A DNA stretch of 64,000 bases from Lingula anatina. Taxonomy: Eukaryota; Animalia; Brachiopoda. The notes below the pieces were generated by a model. It was not told the origin of the DNA. It saw nothing but the letters and a program-made list of their open reading frames with translations, and made no database searches. Shown here in pieces: positions 51,601 to 64,000 of the stretch (position 1 is its first letter; each line of letters opens with the position of its first letter). The stretch lies in the NCBI GenBank assembly GCA_051362555.1, contig CM120641.1:30138401-30202400 (forward strand), written 5' to 3'. Made by a program: the position numbers and the translations under genes.

Positions 51601-54600
51601 AATGTGATAAACTGAAAATGACATTGAAACGACTGCCAAATTTCATGGCTTAAAATAGTTAAACGTTAATAATTTTCACAAATCTTGTCTAATATTTCTG
51701 AAATTTGGATAGATGATGCATAACAACAATACAAATCTGTGATAAGCTCATCAGTTGACTGTGTCTCATAAAAAAGATTTTTTTGGACAATAAAATCGAG
51801 AAAACAGAAAATGACATTGAAAAGACTGCAAAATGCGGTGCCTTAAAATAGTTAAACGTTAATAATTTTCACAAATCTTGTTCAAGATTTGTGAAATTTA
51901 GACAGATGATGCATAACAATAATTAAAATCTGTGATAAGCTCATCAGTTGACTGTGTCTCATGAAAAACATTTTTCAGAGCATATAAATGTGAGAAAACT
52001 GAAAATGACATTGAAAAGACTGCCAAATTCCATGGCTTAAAATAGTTAAATGTTAAAAATTTTCACAAATCTTGTCTAATATTTGTGAAATTTGGATAGA
52101 TGATGCATAACAACAATAAAAATCTGTGATAAGCTCATCAGTTGACTGTGTCTCATTTAAAAGATTTTTTTGGACAATAAATTTGAGAAAATTCAAAAAT
52201 GACACTGAGAAGACTGCAAAATGCAGTGCCTTAAAATAGTTAAACGTTAATAATTTTCACAAAACTTGTTCAATATTTGTGAAATTTGGAGAGATGATGC
52301 TTAACAATAACAAAAATCTGTGATAAGCTTAACAGTTGACAGTGTGTGATAGAATTGTAGTTGTTTGACATTTTGTATGCGAAGAGTGAGAATTATCTAC
52401 AATATTTTTTTTTCAATTTCACAACATCTAATTAGACTCACATTAAACATCAAATATTATGATTTGAGTTTGTTTGTGTAAGAGGTGACAAATTACCCAT
52501 AATTGTCCTCTGGAAAAGAATATATACCCATTTAAGACATCTCCTTACTACCAATACCAGATGCAGATTCCTCCTTACAATCGGTTTCTGGAATAGGGTT
52601 TAGCACACCATTTGACAATGTCCTAAAGCTTGCCATATACCATCTATTGTACACATGGATGAGACATAGCATTGCTCTTGCTGTTGTCTTTTGCTGTCTG
52701 TTTTTCCTATAGGAATTAGCCGTGACCAGACAGGAAGAATCAGTTCACCAAAAAAGCCATCATGCTGTATGGAAAAGGTCACCTAGAAAAAGAACAATAT
52801 GTTTGATAAAAGTGAAAATTAAATTCTAAAAATTGACAAATTTCCCACATTAAAATAGTTGAACAATAATTTTGATAAACTTAACCTAAACAGTTGACTA
52901 TGTCTAATAAAAAGGACATTTTCAGAACATATAAATTTGAGAAATACTGAAAATGACATTGAAAAGACTGCCAAATGCGGTGCCTTAAAATAGTTAAATG
53001 TTAAAAATTATCACAAATCTTGTCCAATATTTGTGAAATTTGGACAGATGATGCATAACAACAATAGAAATCTTTGATAAGCTCATCAGTTGACTGTGTC
53101 TCATGAAAAACATTTTTCAGAGCATATAAATGTGAGAAAACTGAAAATGACATTGAAAAGACTGCCAAATTCCATGGCTTAAAATAGTTAAATGTTAAAA
53201 ATTTTCACAAATCTTGTCTAATATTTGTGAAATTTGGATAGATGATGCGTAACAACAATAAAAATCTGTGATAAGCTCATCAGTTGACTGTGTCTCGTGA
53301 AAAAGATTTTTTTGGACAATAAATTTGAGAAAACTGACAATAACACTGAAACGACTGCCAAATTCCATGGCTTAAAATAGTTAAACGTTAATTATTTTCA
53401 CAAATTTTGTCTAATATTTGTGAAATTTGGAAAGATGATGCATGACAACAATAAAAATCTGTGATAAGCTCATCAGTTGAATGTGTCTCATGGAAAAGAA
53501 TTTTCAGAGCATATAAATGTGAGAAAACTGAAAATGACATTGCAAAGGCTGCAAAATTCCATGGCTTAAAATAGTTAAACGTTAATAATTTTCACAAATC
53601 TTGTCTAATATTTGTGAAATTTGGATAGATGATGCATAACAGTTGACTGTGTCTCATTTTAAAGATTTTTTTTGACAATAAATTTGAGAAAATTGAAAAT
53701 GACACTGAGAAGACTGCAAAATGCGGTGTTTTAAAATAGTTAAATGTTAATAATATTCACAAAACTTGTTCAATATTTGTGAAATTTGGAGAGATGATGC
53801 TTAGCAATAACAAAAATCTGTGATAAGCTTAACAGTTGACAGTGTTTGATAGAATTGTAGTTGTTTGACATTTTGTATGCGAAGAGTGAGAATTATCTAC
53901 AATATTTTTTTTTCAATTTCACAACATCTTATTAGACTCACATTAAACATCAAATATTATGATTTGAGTTTGTTTGTGTAAGAGGTGACAAATTACCCAT
54001 AATTGTCCTCTGGAAAAGAATATATACCCATTTAAGACATCTCCTTACTACCAATACCAGATGCAGATTCCTCCTTACAATCGGTTTCTGGAATAGGGTT
54101 TAGCACACCATTTGACAATGTCCTAAAGCTTGCCATATACCATCTATTGTACACATGGATGAGACATAGCATTGCTCTTGCTGTTGTCTTTTGCTGTCTG
54201 TTTTTCCTATAGGAATTAGCCCTGACCAGACAGGAAGAATCAGTTCACCAAAAAAGCCATCATGCTGTATGGAAAAGGTCACCTAGAAAAAGAACAATAT
54301 GTTTGATAAAAGTGAAAATTAAATTCTAAAAATTGACAAATTTCCCACATTAAAATAGTTGAACAATAATTTTGATAAACTTAACCTAAACAGTTGACTA
54401 TGTCTAATAAAAAGGACATTTTCAGAACATATAAATTTGAGAAATACTGAAAATGACATTGAAAAGACTGCCAAATGCGGTGCCTTAAAATAGTTAAATG
54501 TTAAAAATTTTCACAAATCTTGTCCAATATTTGTGAAATTTGGACAGATGATGCATAACAACAATAGAAATCTTTGATAAGCTCATCAGTTGACTGTGTC

Positions 54601-57600
54601 TCATGAAAAACATTTTTCAGAGCATATAAATGTGAGAAAACTGAAAATGACATTGAAAAGACTGCCAAATTCCATGGCTTAAAATAGTTAAATGTTAAAA
54701 ATTTTCACAAATCTTGTCTAATATTTGTGAAATTTGGATAGATGATGCATAACAACAATAAAAATCTGTGATAAGCTCATCAGTTGACTGTGTCTCGTGA
54801 AAAAGATTTTTTTGGACAATAAATTTGAGAAAACTGACAATAACACTGAAACGACTGCCAAATTCCATGGCTTAAAATAGTTAAACGTTAATTATTTTCA
54901 CAAATTTTGTCTAATATTTGTGAAATTTGGAAAGATGATGCATAACAACAATTAAAATCTGTCATAAGCTCATCAGTTGACTGTGTCTCATGAAAAACAT
55001 TTTTCAGAGCATATAAATGTGAGAAAACTGAAAATGACATTGAAAAGACTGCAAAATTCCATGGCTTAAAATAGTTAAATGTTAAAAATTTTCACAAATC
55101 TTGTCTAATATTTGTGAAATTTGGATAGATGATGCATAACAACAATAAAAATCTGTGATAAGCTCATCAGTTGACTGTGTCTCGTGAAAAAGATTTTTTT
55201 GGACAATAAATTTGAGAAAACTGACAATAACACTGAAACGACTGCCAAATTCCATGGCTTAAAATAGTTAAACGTTAATTATTTTCACAAATTTTGTCTA
55301 ATATTTGTGAAATTTGGAAAGATGATGCATGACAACAATAAAAATCTGTGATAAGCTCATCAGTTGAATGTGTCTCATGGAAAAGAATTTTCAGAGCATA
55401 TAAATGTGAGAAAACTGAAAATGACATTGCAAAGGCTGCAAAATTCCATGGCTTAAAATAGTTAAACGTTAATAATTTTCACAAATCTTGTCTAATATTT
55501 GTGAAATTTGGATAGATGATGCATAACAGTTGACTGTGTCTCATTTTAAAGATTTTTTTTGACAATAGATTTGAGAAAATTGAAAATGACACTGAGAAGA
55601 CTGCAAAATGCGGTGTTTTAAAATAGTTAAATGTTAATAATATTCACAAAACTTGTTCAATATTTGTGAAATTTGGAGAGATGATGCTTAGCAATAACAA
55701 AAATCTGTGATAAGCTTAACAGTTGACAGTGTTTGATAGAATTGTAGTTGTTTGACATTTTGTATGCGAAGAGTGAGAATTATCTACAATATTTTTTTTT
55801 CAATTTCACAACATCTTATTAGACTCACATTAAACATCAAATATTATGATTTGAGTTTGTTTGTGTAAGAGGTGACAAATTACCCATAATTGTCCTCTGG
55901 AAAAGAATATATACCCATTTAAGACATCTCCTTACTACCAATACCAGATGCAGATTCCTCCTTACAATCGGTTTCTGGAATAGGGTTTAGCACACCATTT
56001 GACAATGTCCTAAAGCTTGCCATATACCATCTATTGTACACATGGATGAGACATAGCATTGCTCTTGCTGTTGTCTTTTGCTGTCTGTTTTTCCTATAGG
56101 AATTAGCCCTGACCAGACAGGAAGAATCAGTTCACCAAAAAAGCCATCATGCTGTATGGAAAAGGTCACCTAGAAAAAGAACAATATGTTTGATAAAAGT
56201 GAAAATTAAATTCTAAAAATTGACAAATTTCCCACATTAAAATAGTTGAACAATAATTTTGATAAACTTAACCTAAACAGTTGACTATGTCTAATAAAAA
56301 GGACATTTTCAGAACATATAAATTTGAGAAATACTGAAAATGACATTGAAAAGACTGCCAAATGCGGTGCCTTAAAATAGTTAAATGTTAAAAATTTTCA
56401 CAAATCTTGTCCAATATTTGTGAAATTTGGACAGATGATGCATAACAACAATAGAAATCTTTGATAAGCTCATCAGTTGACTGTGTCTCATGAAAAACAT
56501 TTTTCAGAGCATATAAATGTGAGAAAACTGAAAATGACATTGAAAAGACTGCCAAATTCCATGGCTTAAAATAGTTAAATGTTAAAAATTTTCACAAATC
56601 TTGTCTAATATTTGTGAAATTTGGATAGATGATGCATAACAACAATAAAAATCTGTGATAAGCTCATCAGTTGACTGTGTCTCGTGAAAAAGATTTTTTT
56701 AGACAATAAATTTGAGAAAACTGACAATAACACTGAAACGACTGCCAAATTCCATGGCTTAAAATAGTTAAACGTTAATTATTTTCACAAATTTTGTCTA
56801 ATATTTGTGAAATTTGGAAAGATGATGCATAACAACAATTAAAATCTGTCATAAGCTCATCAGTTGACTGTGTCTCATGAAAAACATTTTTCAGAGCATA
56901 TAAATGTGAGAAAACTGAAAATGACATTGAAAAGACTGCAAAATTCCATGGCTTAAAATAGTTAAATGTTAAAAATTTTCACAAATCTTGTCTAATATTT
57001 GTGAAATTTGGATAGATGATGCATAACAACAATAAAAATCTGTGATAAGCTCATCAGTTGACTGTGTCTCGTGAAAAAGATTTCTTTGGACAATAAATTT
57101 GAGAAAACTGACAATAACACTGAAACGACTGCCAAATTCCATGGCTTAAAATAGTTAAACGTTAATTATTTTCACAAATTTTGTCTAATATTTGTCAAAT
57201 TTGGAAAGATGATGCATAACAACAATTAAAATTTGTCATAAGCTCATCAGTTGACTGTGTCTCATGAAAAACATTTTTCAGAGCATATAAATGTGAGAAA
57301 ACTGAAAATGACATTGAAAAGACTGCAAAATTCCATGGCTTCAAATAGTTAAACATTAATAAGTTTCACAAATCTTGTTTAATATTTGTGAAATTTGGAG
57401 AGATGATGCATAACAATAATAAAAATCTGTGATAAGCTCATCAGTTGACTGCGTCTCATGAAAAACATTTTTCAGAGCATATAAATGTGAGAAAACTGAA
57501 AATGACATTGAAAAGACTGCCAAATTCCATGGCTTAAAATAGTTAAACATTAATAATTTTCACAAATCTTGTTTAATATTTGTGAAATTTGGACAGATGA

Positions 57601-59054
57601 TGCATAACAACAATAGAAATCTTTGATAAGCTCATCAGTTGACTGTGTCTCATGAAAAACATTTTTCAGAGCATATAAATGTGAGAAAACTGAAAATGAC
57701 ATTGAAAAGACTGCCAAATTCCATGGCTTAAAATAGTTAAATGTTAAAAATTTTCACAAATCTTGTCTAATATTTGTGAAATTTGGATAGATGATGCATA
57801 ACAACAATAAAAATCTCTGATAAGCTCATCAGTTGACTGTCTCGTGAAAAAGATTTTTCAGAGCATATAAATGTGAGAAAACTGAAAATGACATTGAAAA
57901 GTCTGCAAAATTCCATGGCTTCAAATAGTTAAACATTAATAAGTTTCACAAATCTTGTTTAATATTTGTGAAATTTGGAGAGATGATGCATAACAACAAT
58001 TAAAATCTGTCATAAGCTCATCAGTTGACTGTGTCTCATGAAAAACATTTTTCAGAGCATATAAATGTGAGAAAACTGAAAATGACATTGAAAAGACTGC
58101 AAAATTCCATGGCTTCAAATAGTTAAACATTAATAATTTTCATAAATCTTGTTTAATATTTGTGAAATTTGGATAGATGATGCATAACAACAATACAAAT
58201 CTGTGATAAGCTCATCAGTTGACTGTGTCTCATTTAAAAGATTTTTTTGGACAATAAATTTGAGAAAATTGAAAATGACACTGAGAAGACTGCAAAATGC
58301 GTAGCCTTATAATAGTTAAACGTTAATAATTTTCACAAAACTTGTTCAATATTTGTGAAATTTGGAGATATGATGCTTAACAATAACAAAAATCTGTGAT
58401 AAGCTTAACAGTTGACAGTGTGTGATAGAATTGTAGTTGTTTGACATTTTGTATGCCAAGAGTGAGAATTATCTACAATATTTTTTTTCAATTTCACAAC
58501 ATCTAATTCCCAGCGGGCACTCAACGTTGATTCAACATTGAGGATAGGTTGAGATGATGTTGATCCATCAATATTGATAGATCAACAAGATCTCAACATT
58601 GAATCAACCTTTTCTTGTCAACCAATTGTCAATGTTGATAGATCAACAGGGTCTCAACATTGATTTAACCTTTCTTTGTCAATCAATTTTCAATGTTGAT
58701 AGATCAACAGGATTTCAACATTGAATCAACCTTTTCTTGTCAACCAATTGTCAATGTTGATAGATCAACAGGGTCTCAACATTGATTTTACCTTTCTCTG
58801 TAAATCAATTTTCAATGTTGATAGATCAACAGGATTTCAACGTTGAATCAACCTTTTCTTGTCAACCAATTGTCAATGTAGATAGATCAACAGGGTCTCA
58901 ACATTGATTTTACCTTTCTTTGTCAATCAGTTTTCAATGTTGATAGATCAACAGGATTTCAACATTGAATCAACCTGTGTTTGTAAACCCTTTGTCAATG
59001 TTGACATATCAACTGGATCTCAACAGTGGGCCAACCTTAACTTTATAACCTTAA

Positions 59055-59386
59055 AGTGATAATAACTCTTCGTTTCGGCCAAAAAATGAATTTTCCTGGA
59101 GTAAACAACAATTTTCTCATACTTACCAATGGTTAATGAATCCATTTTTACATTCAAAGTTAGTCCCTGTTTTTTTTCTAAAAAGTTTAGTTTTTTGTTA
59201 AAATCTCTTAAGTGATTTTAACAGAGTATAGTCATCAATGGAGGTCACGTTGTCTAAAGACAAGCTCAGATATCAGAATAATAGCTATAACTGCCGTTTT
59301 TGTGGTAAAACAGAATATATTTCTATGAGTTATTCACAATGTCTTTACTATGAAATATAGATCTCTTATGAAGAGTTATTATCCCT
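59055..59386. mobile_element. 332-bp Kolobok-like MITE nested in the EnSpm-like element
   Basis: TIR AG(T/G)GATAATAACTCTTC (16/17), AG...CT ends and TTAA TSD (59051-59054, 59387-59390). Confidence 0.8.
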
Positions 59387-59963
59387 TTAATCATAACCTT
59401 GATAATAGTTTTAAATGATTATCTCACTAGAGAGGTATGCATAGGGGTAATTACCCCTCATAAAATGCTTGTTTTACCCCTTTTTCATTAAAATTAATTT
59501 TGTGAAAAAAGCGATCGTCAGTTTTTTAAAAAACTTTCCACGGGATATATCTTTAAGAAAAAGAAAAAAACAGGGTCACCAGCCTTACTTTGTGGCAAAT
59601 TGACAAAATTTTACTAAAGGTTGAAGAAAAAGCTTGAAAAAGCCAAAAATGCCTGTTTTTCTGGAAATTTAAGTTAGCTGTGAGAAAAAAACTAGACTGG
59701 TGACCCTTTGTTTTTGTATTCTTAAAATTATCTTAACTACCTGATGTGACGTTATAATTATTTTAGTAAAGCTAATTTGTTGTTTAATTTTTATGAGTAA
59801 TTACCGTATGTGCCAGCATACTTGTATAATGTAAATGAAGTGCGGGACTGTTATTAAGTGCGAGACTCCGGATAACATGAACTGATGCAACACGTGAGTG
59901 TGGACAGTGTGTAACACTTTTACAGTACAAAAACTGTACTTTATTAACAGTACTTTGTGAGGC

Positions 59964-60165
59964 CACACTATCAGGAGGATCGTTCAACAGATAAGGACAT
60001 GGAAAACGGTGACATTGCGTCTTCAAAACCCAGCACTATCAGGAGGATCGTTCAACAGATAAGGACATGGAAAACGGTGTCATTGCGTCTTCAAAACCCC
60101 ACACTATCAGGAGGAACGTTTAACAGAAAAGGACTCGTAAAACTGTGACATTGCGTCTTCAAAAC
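59964..60165. repeat. Three-copy ~68-bp tandem repeat
   Basis: CACTATCAGGAGGA(T/A)CGTT...CATTGCGTCTTCAAAAC three times. Confidence 0.9.
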
Positions 60166-63100
60166 TTAACTGTCTACGAATCTGTTAGAATTTAACTGTA
60201 TTTGACAAATGTTAAAGTTTATGCAACATGATAGTATTACATGTAGTTAGTTTATGTAGTGTATGTCCATTGTTTGTAATATATTATATTCATAGTTAAG
60301 TTAGTTGTTGTTTGTGTTTTTTTATGTTCGGGCTGTTTTGGTCCGTGACACTGAGCATCAAACTGGAAAGTTTGAAAAGAATCTGACGACCCATAGGTGG
60401 ATACAGGGGCCGGTCCCGGGGTCTGGACCCCCCCCCCCCCCTTTTCTTCCGAAATTACCTTTTTTGTAGGTAATTTTCCTAATTTCCCCCCCCCCCTTTT
60501 CAGATCTGAGTCTTTTTATTTCAAGAAATGCTTGATATCTTGGAGAACACCTTCAGCCATCAACCAAATTTCAATCAAATATCCTGATAGCCTAATTGAT
60601 ATATCAACGTTAATTCAATTTTCAAATTCAACTTTATTTCAACATTGATTCAACATTGAGGTATCAATGTTGATTCAACATTGATACCTCACGGTTGTTT
60701 CAACCTTGATGGTTCAAGGTTGATTCAACCTTGATGGTTCAACGTTGATTCAACTTTCATAGTCAACGTCATATCAACAAAGTTTCAATGTTGACCATCA
60801 ACTTTGATTCAACTTTGATACCTCAAGGTTGATTCAACCTTGATGGTTCAACGTTGATTCAACTTTCATAGTCAACGTCATATCAACATAGTTTCAACAT
60901 TGACTGTCAACGTTGATTCAACATTGATACCTCAAGGTTGATTCAACCTTGATGGTTCAAAGTTGAGTCAACTTTCATAGTCAACGTCATATCAACATAG
61001 TTTCAATGTTGACCATCAACGTTGATTCAACATTGATTCAATGTTGATTTGCCCGCTGGGTTAGACTCACATTAAACATCAAATATTATGATTTGAGTTT
61101 GTTTGTGTAAGAGGTGACAAATTACCCTTAATTGTCCTCTGGAAAAGAATATATACCCATTTAAGACATCTCCTTACTATACCAATACCAGATGCAGATT
61201 CCTCCTTACAATTGGTTTCTGGAATAGGGTTTAGCACACCATTTGACAATGTCCTAAAGCTTGCCATATACCATCTATTGTACACATGGATGAGACATAA
61301 CATTGCTCTTGCTGTTGTCTTTTGCTGTCTGTTTTTTCTATAGGAATTAACCCTGACCAGACAGGAAGAATCAGTTCACCAAAAAAGCCATGAAAAACGC
61401 TGTATGGAAAAGGTCACCTGGAAAAAGAACAATATGTTTGATAAAAGTGAAAATTAAATTCTAAAAATTGACAAATTTCCCACACTAAAATAGTTGAACA
61501 ATAATTTTGAGAAACTTAACCTAAACAGTTGACTATGTCTAATAAAAAGGATATTTTCAGAACATATAAATTTGAGAAATACTGAAAATGACATTGAAAA
61601 GACTGCCAAATGCGGTGCCTTAAAATAGTTTAATGTTAAAAATTTTCACAAATTTTGTCTAATATTTGTAAAATTTGGAAAGATGATGCAGAACAACAAT
61701 AAAAATCTGTAATAAGCTCATCAGTTGAATGTGTCTCATGGAAAAGAATTTTCAGAGCATATAAATGTGAAAAAACTTAAAATGACATTACAAAGACTGC
61801 AAAATTCCATGGCTTCAAATAGTTAAACATTAATAATTTTCACAAATCTTGTCTAATGTTTGTGGAATTTGGAGAGATGATGCATAACAACAATAAAAAT
61901 CTGTCATAAGCTCATCAGTTGAATGTGTCTCATGGAAAAGAATTTTCAGAGCATATAAATGTGAAAAAACTTAAAATGACATTACAAAGACTGCAAAATT
62001 CCATGGCTTCAAATAGTTAAACATTAATAATTTTCACAAATCTTGTCTAATGTTTGTGGAATTTGGAGAGATGATGCATAACAACAATACATATCTGTGA
62101 TAAGCTCATCAGTTGACTGTGTCTCATGAAAAAGATTTTTTTTAGACAATAAATTTGAGAAAACTGAAAATAACACTGAAACGACTGCCAAATTCCATGG
62201 CTTAAAATAGTTAAATGTTAATAATTTTCACACATCTTGTCTAATATTTCTGAAATTTGGATAGATGATGCATAACAACAATACAAATCTGTGATAAGCT
62301 CATCAGTTGACTGTGTATCATAAAAAACATTTTTTTGGACAATAAAATTGAGAAAACAGAAAATGACATTGAAAAGACTGCAAAATGCGGTGCCTTAAAA
62401 TAGTTAAACGTTAAAAATTTTCACAAATCTTGTTCAAGATTTGTAAAATTTAGACAGATGATGCATAACAATAATAAAAATCTGTGATAAGCTCATCAGT
62501 TGACTGTGTCTCATGAAAAACATTTTTCAGAGCATATAAATGTGAGAAAACTGAAAATGACATTGAAAAGACTGCCAAATTCCATGGCTTAAAATAGTTA
62601 AATGTTAAAAATTTTCACAAATCTTGTCTAATATTTGTGAAATTTGGATAGATGATGCATAACAACAATAAAAATCTGTGATAAGCTCATCAGTTGACTG
62701 TGTCTTGTGAAAAAGATTTTTTTGGACAATAAATTTGAGAAAACTGACAATAACACTGAAACGACTGCCAAATTCCATGGCTTAAAATAGTTAAACGTTA
62801 ATTTTTTTCACAAATTTTGTCTAATATTTGTGAAATTTGGAAAGATGATGCATAACAACAATAAAAATCTGTGATAAGCTCATCAGTTGAATGTGTCTCA
62901 TGGAAAAGAATTTTCAGAGCATATAAATGTGAAAAAACTGAAAATGACATTGCAAAGACTGCAAAATTCCATGGCTTCAAATAGTTAAACATTAATAATT
63001 TTCACAAATCTTGTCTAATGTTTGTGGAATTTGGACAGATGATGCATAACAACAATAGAAATCTGTGATAAGCTCATCAGTTGACTGTGTCTCATGAAAA

Positions 63101-64000
63101 AGAATTTTCAGAGCATATAAATGTGATAAACTGAAAATGACATTGAAACGACTGCCAAATTTCATGGCTTAAAATAGTTAAACGTTAATAATTTTCACAA
63201 ATCTTGTCTAATATTTCTGAAATTTGGATAGATGATGCATAACAACAATACAAATCTGTGATAAGCTCATCAATTGACTGTGTCTCATAAAAAAGATTTT
63301 TTTGGACAATAAAATCGAGAAAACAGAAAATGACATTGAAAAGACTGCAAAATGCGGTGCCTTAAAATAGTTAAACGTTAATAATTTTCACAAATCTTGT
63401 TCAAGATTTGTGAAATTTAGATAGATGATGCATAACAACAATAAAAATCTGTGATAAGCTCATCAGTTGACTGTGTCTCATGAAAAACATTTTTCAGAGC
63501 ATATAAATGTGAGAAAACTGAAAATGACATTGAAAAGACTGCCAAATTCCATGGCTTAAAATAGTTAAATGTTAAAAATTTTCACAAATCTTGTCTAATA
63601 TTTCTGAAATTTGGATAGATGATGCATAACAACAATACAAATCTGTGATAAGCTCATCAGTTGACTGTGTCTCATTTAAAAGATTTTTTGGACAATAAAT
63701 TTGAGAAAATTGAAAATGACACTGAGAAGACTGCAAAATGCAGTGCCTTAAAATAGTTAAACGTTAATAATTTTCACAAAACTTGTTCAATATTTGTGAA
63801 ATTTGGAGAGATGATACTTAACAATAACAAAAATCTGTGATAAGCTTAACAGTTGACAGTGTGTGATAGAATTGTAGTTGTTTGACATTTTGTATGCGAA
63901 GAGTGAGAATTATCTACAATATTTTTTTTTCAATTTCACAACATCTAATTAGACTCACATTAAACATCAAATATTATGATTTGAGTTTGTTTGTGTAAGA

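Larger units (their letters stand above)
58509..61060. mobile_element. Non-autonomous EnSpm/CACTA-like (CCCAG-ended) element, 2552 bp
   Basis: TIR CCCAGCGGGCA. The 2-bp TSD TT is shown by the empty site ATCTAATTAGACTC in sister cassettes. Long subterminal TCAAC(A/G)TTGA repeats at both ends (62-bp units at 58560-59030; 60600-61050). Confidence 0.85.
45765..64000. repeat. Higher-order satellite: runs of 194-bp monomers separated by a ~550-bp cassette; continues past the window end
   Basis: Monomer AAAATAGTTAAA...CTGTGATAAGCTCATCAGTTGACTGTGTCTC...AAATTCCATGGCTT with period 194. Cassette starts at ~47928, 49643, 52333, 53833, 55721, 58410 and 63850; partial copies at ~45900-46095 and ~46705-46980. 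Confidence 0.97.

Noticed and set aside
45765-64000. Repeat/spacer alternation as a CRISPR-like array, and repeated MFNY... ORFs as a gene family
   Set aside because: The interspersed cassettes are near-identical rather than unique. The 64-aa ORFs equal one 194-bp monomer and are satellite artefacts.

Overview
AT-rich, intron-containing animal genomic DNA with a repeat style typical of marine invertebrates such as molluscs (taxon is inferred); no prokaryotic features. The window is almost all repeats and mobile elements laid over a decayed HEATR3-like gene, with remnant exons at about 1.3 kb and 30.0-30.5 kb. From left to right: (1) a 6.7-kb ISL2EU-type (PIF/Harbinger-related) DNA transposon with an intact spliced SAP-SWIM-YqaJ nuclease gene convergent with a frameshifted THAP-DDE transposase; (2) old Helentron-like repeats and MITEs; (3) a 46-bp minisatellite interrupted by a full-length Mag-like Gypsy element with identical 117-bp LTRs and by a 597-bp solo-LTR-like insert; (4) a complete non-autonomous Helentron (HINE) with a 146-bp internal array, plus an older inverted copy; (5) more than 18 kb of higher-order satellite, in which runs of 194-bp monomers alternate with a ~550-bp exon-like cassette, one copy of which carries a nested EnSpm-like/Kolobok-like insertion. 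All family and gene assignments come from manual translation and recalled motifs, not database searches.
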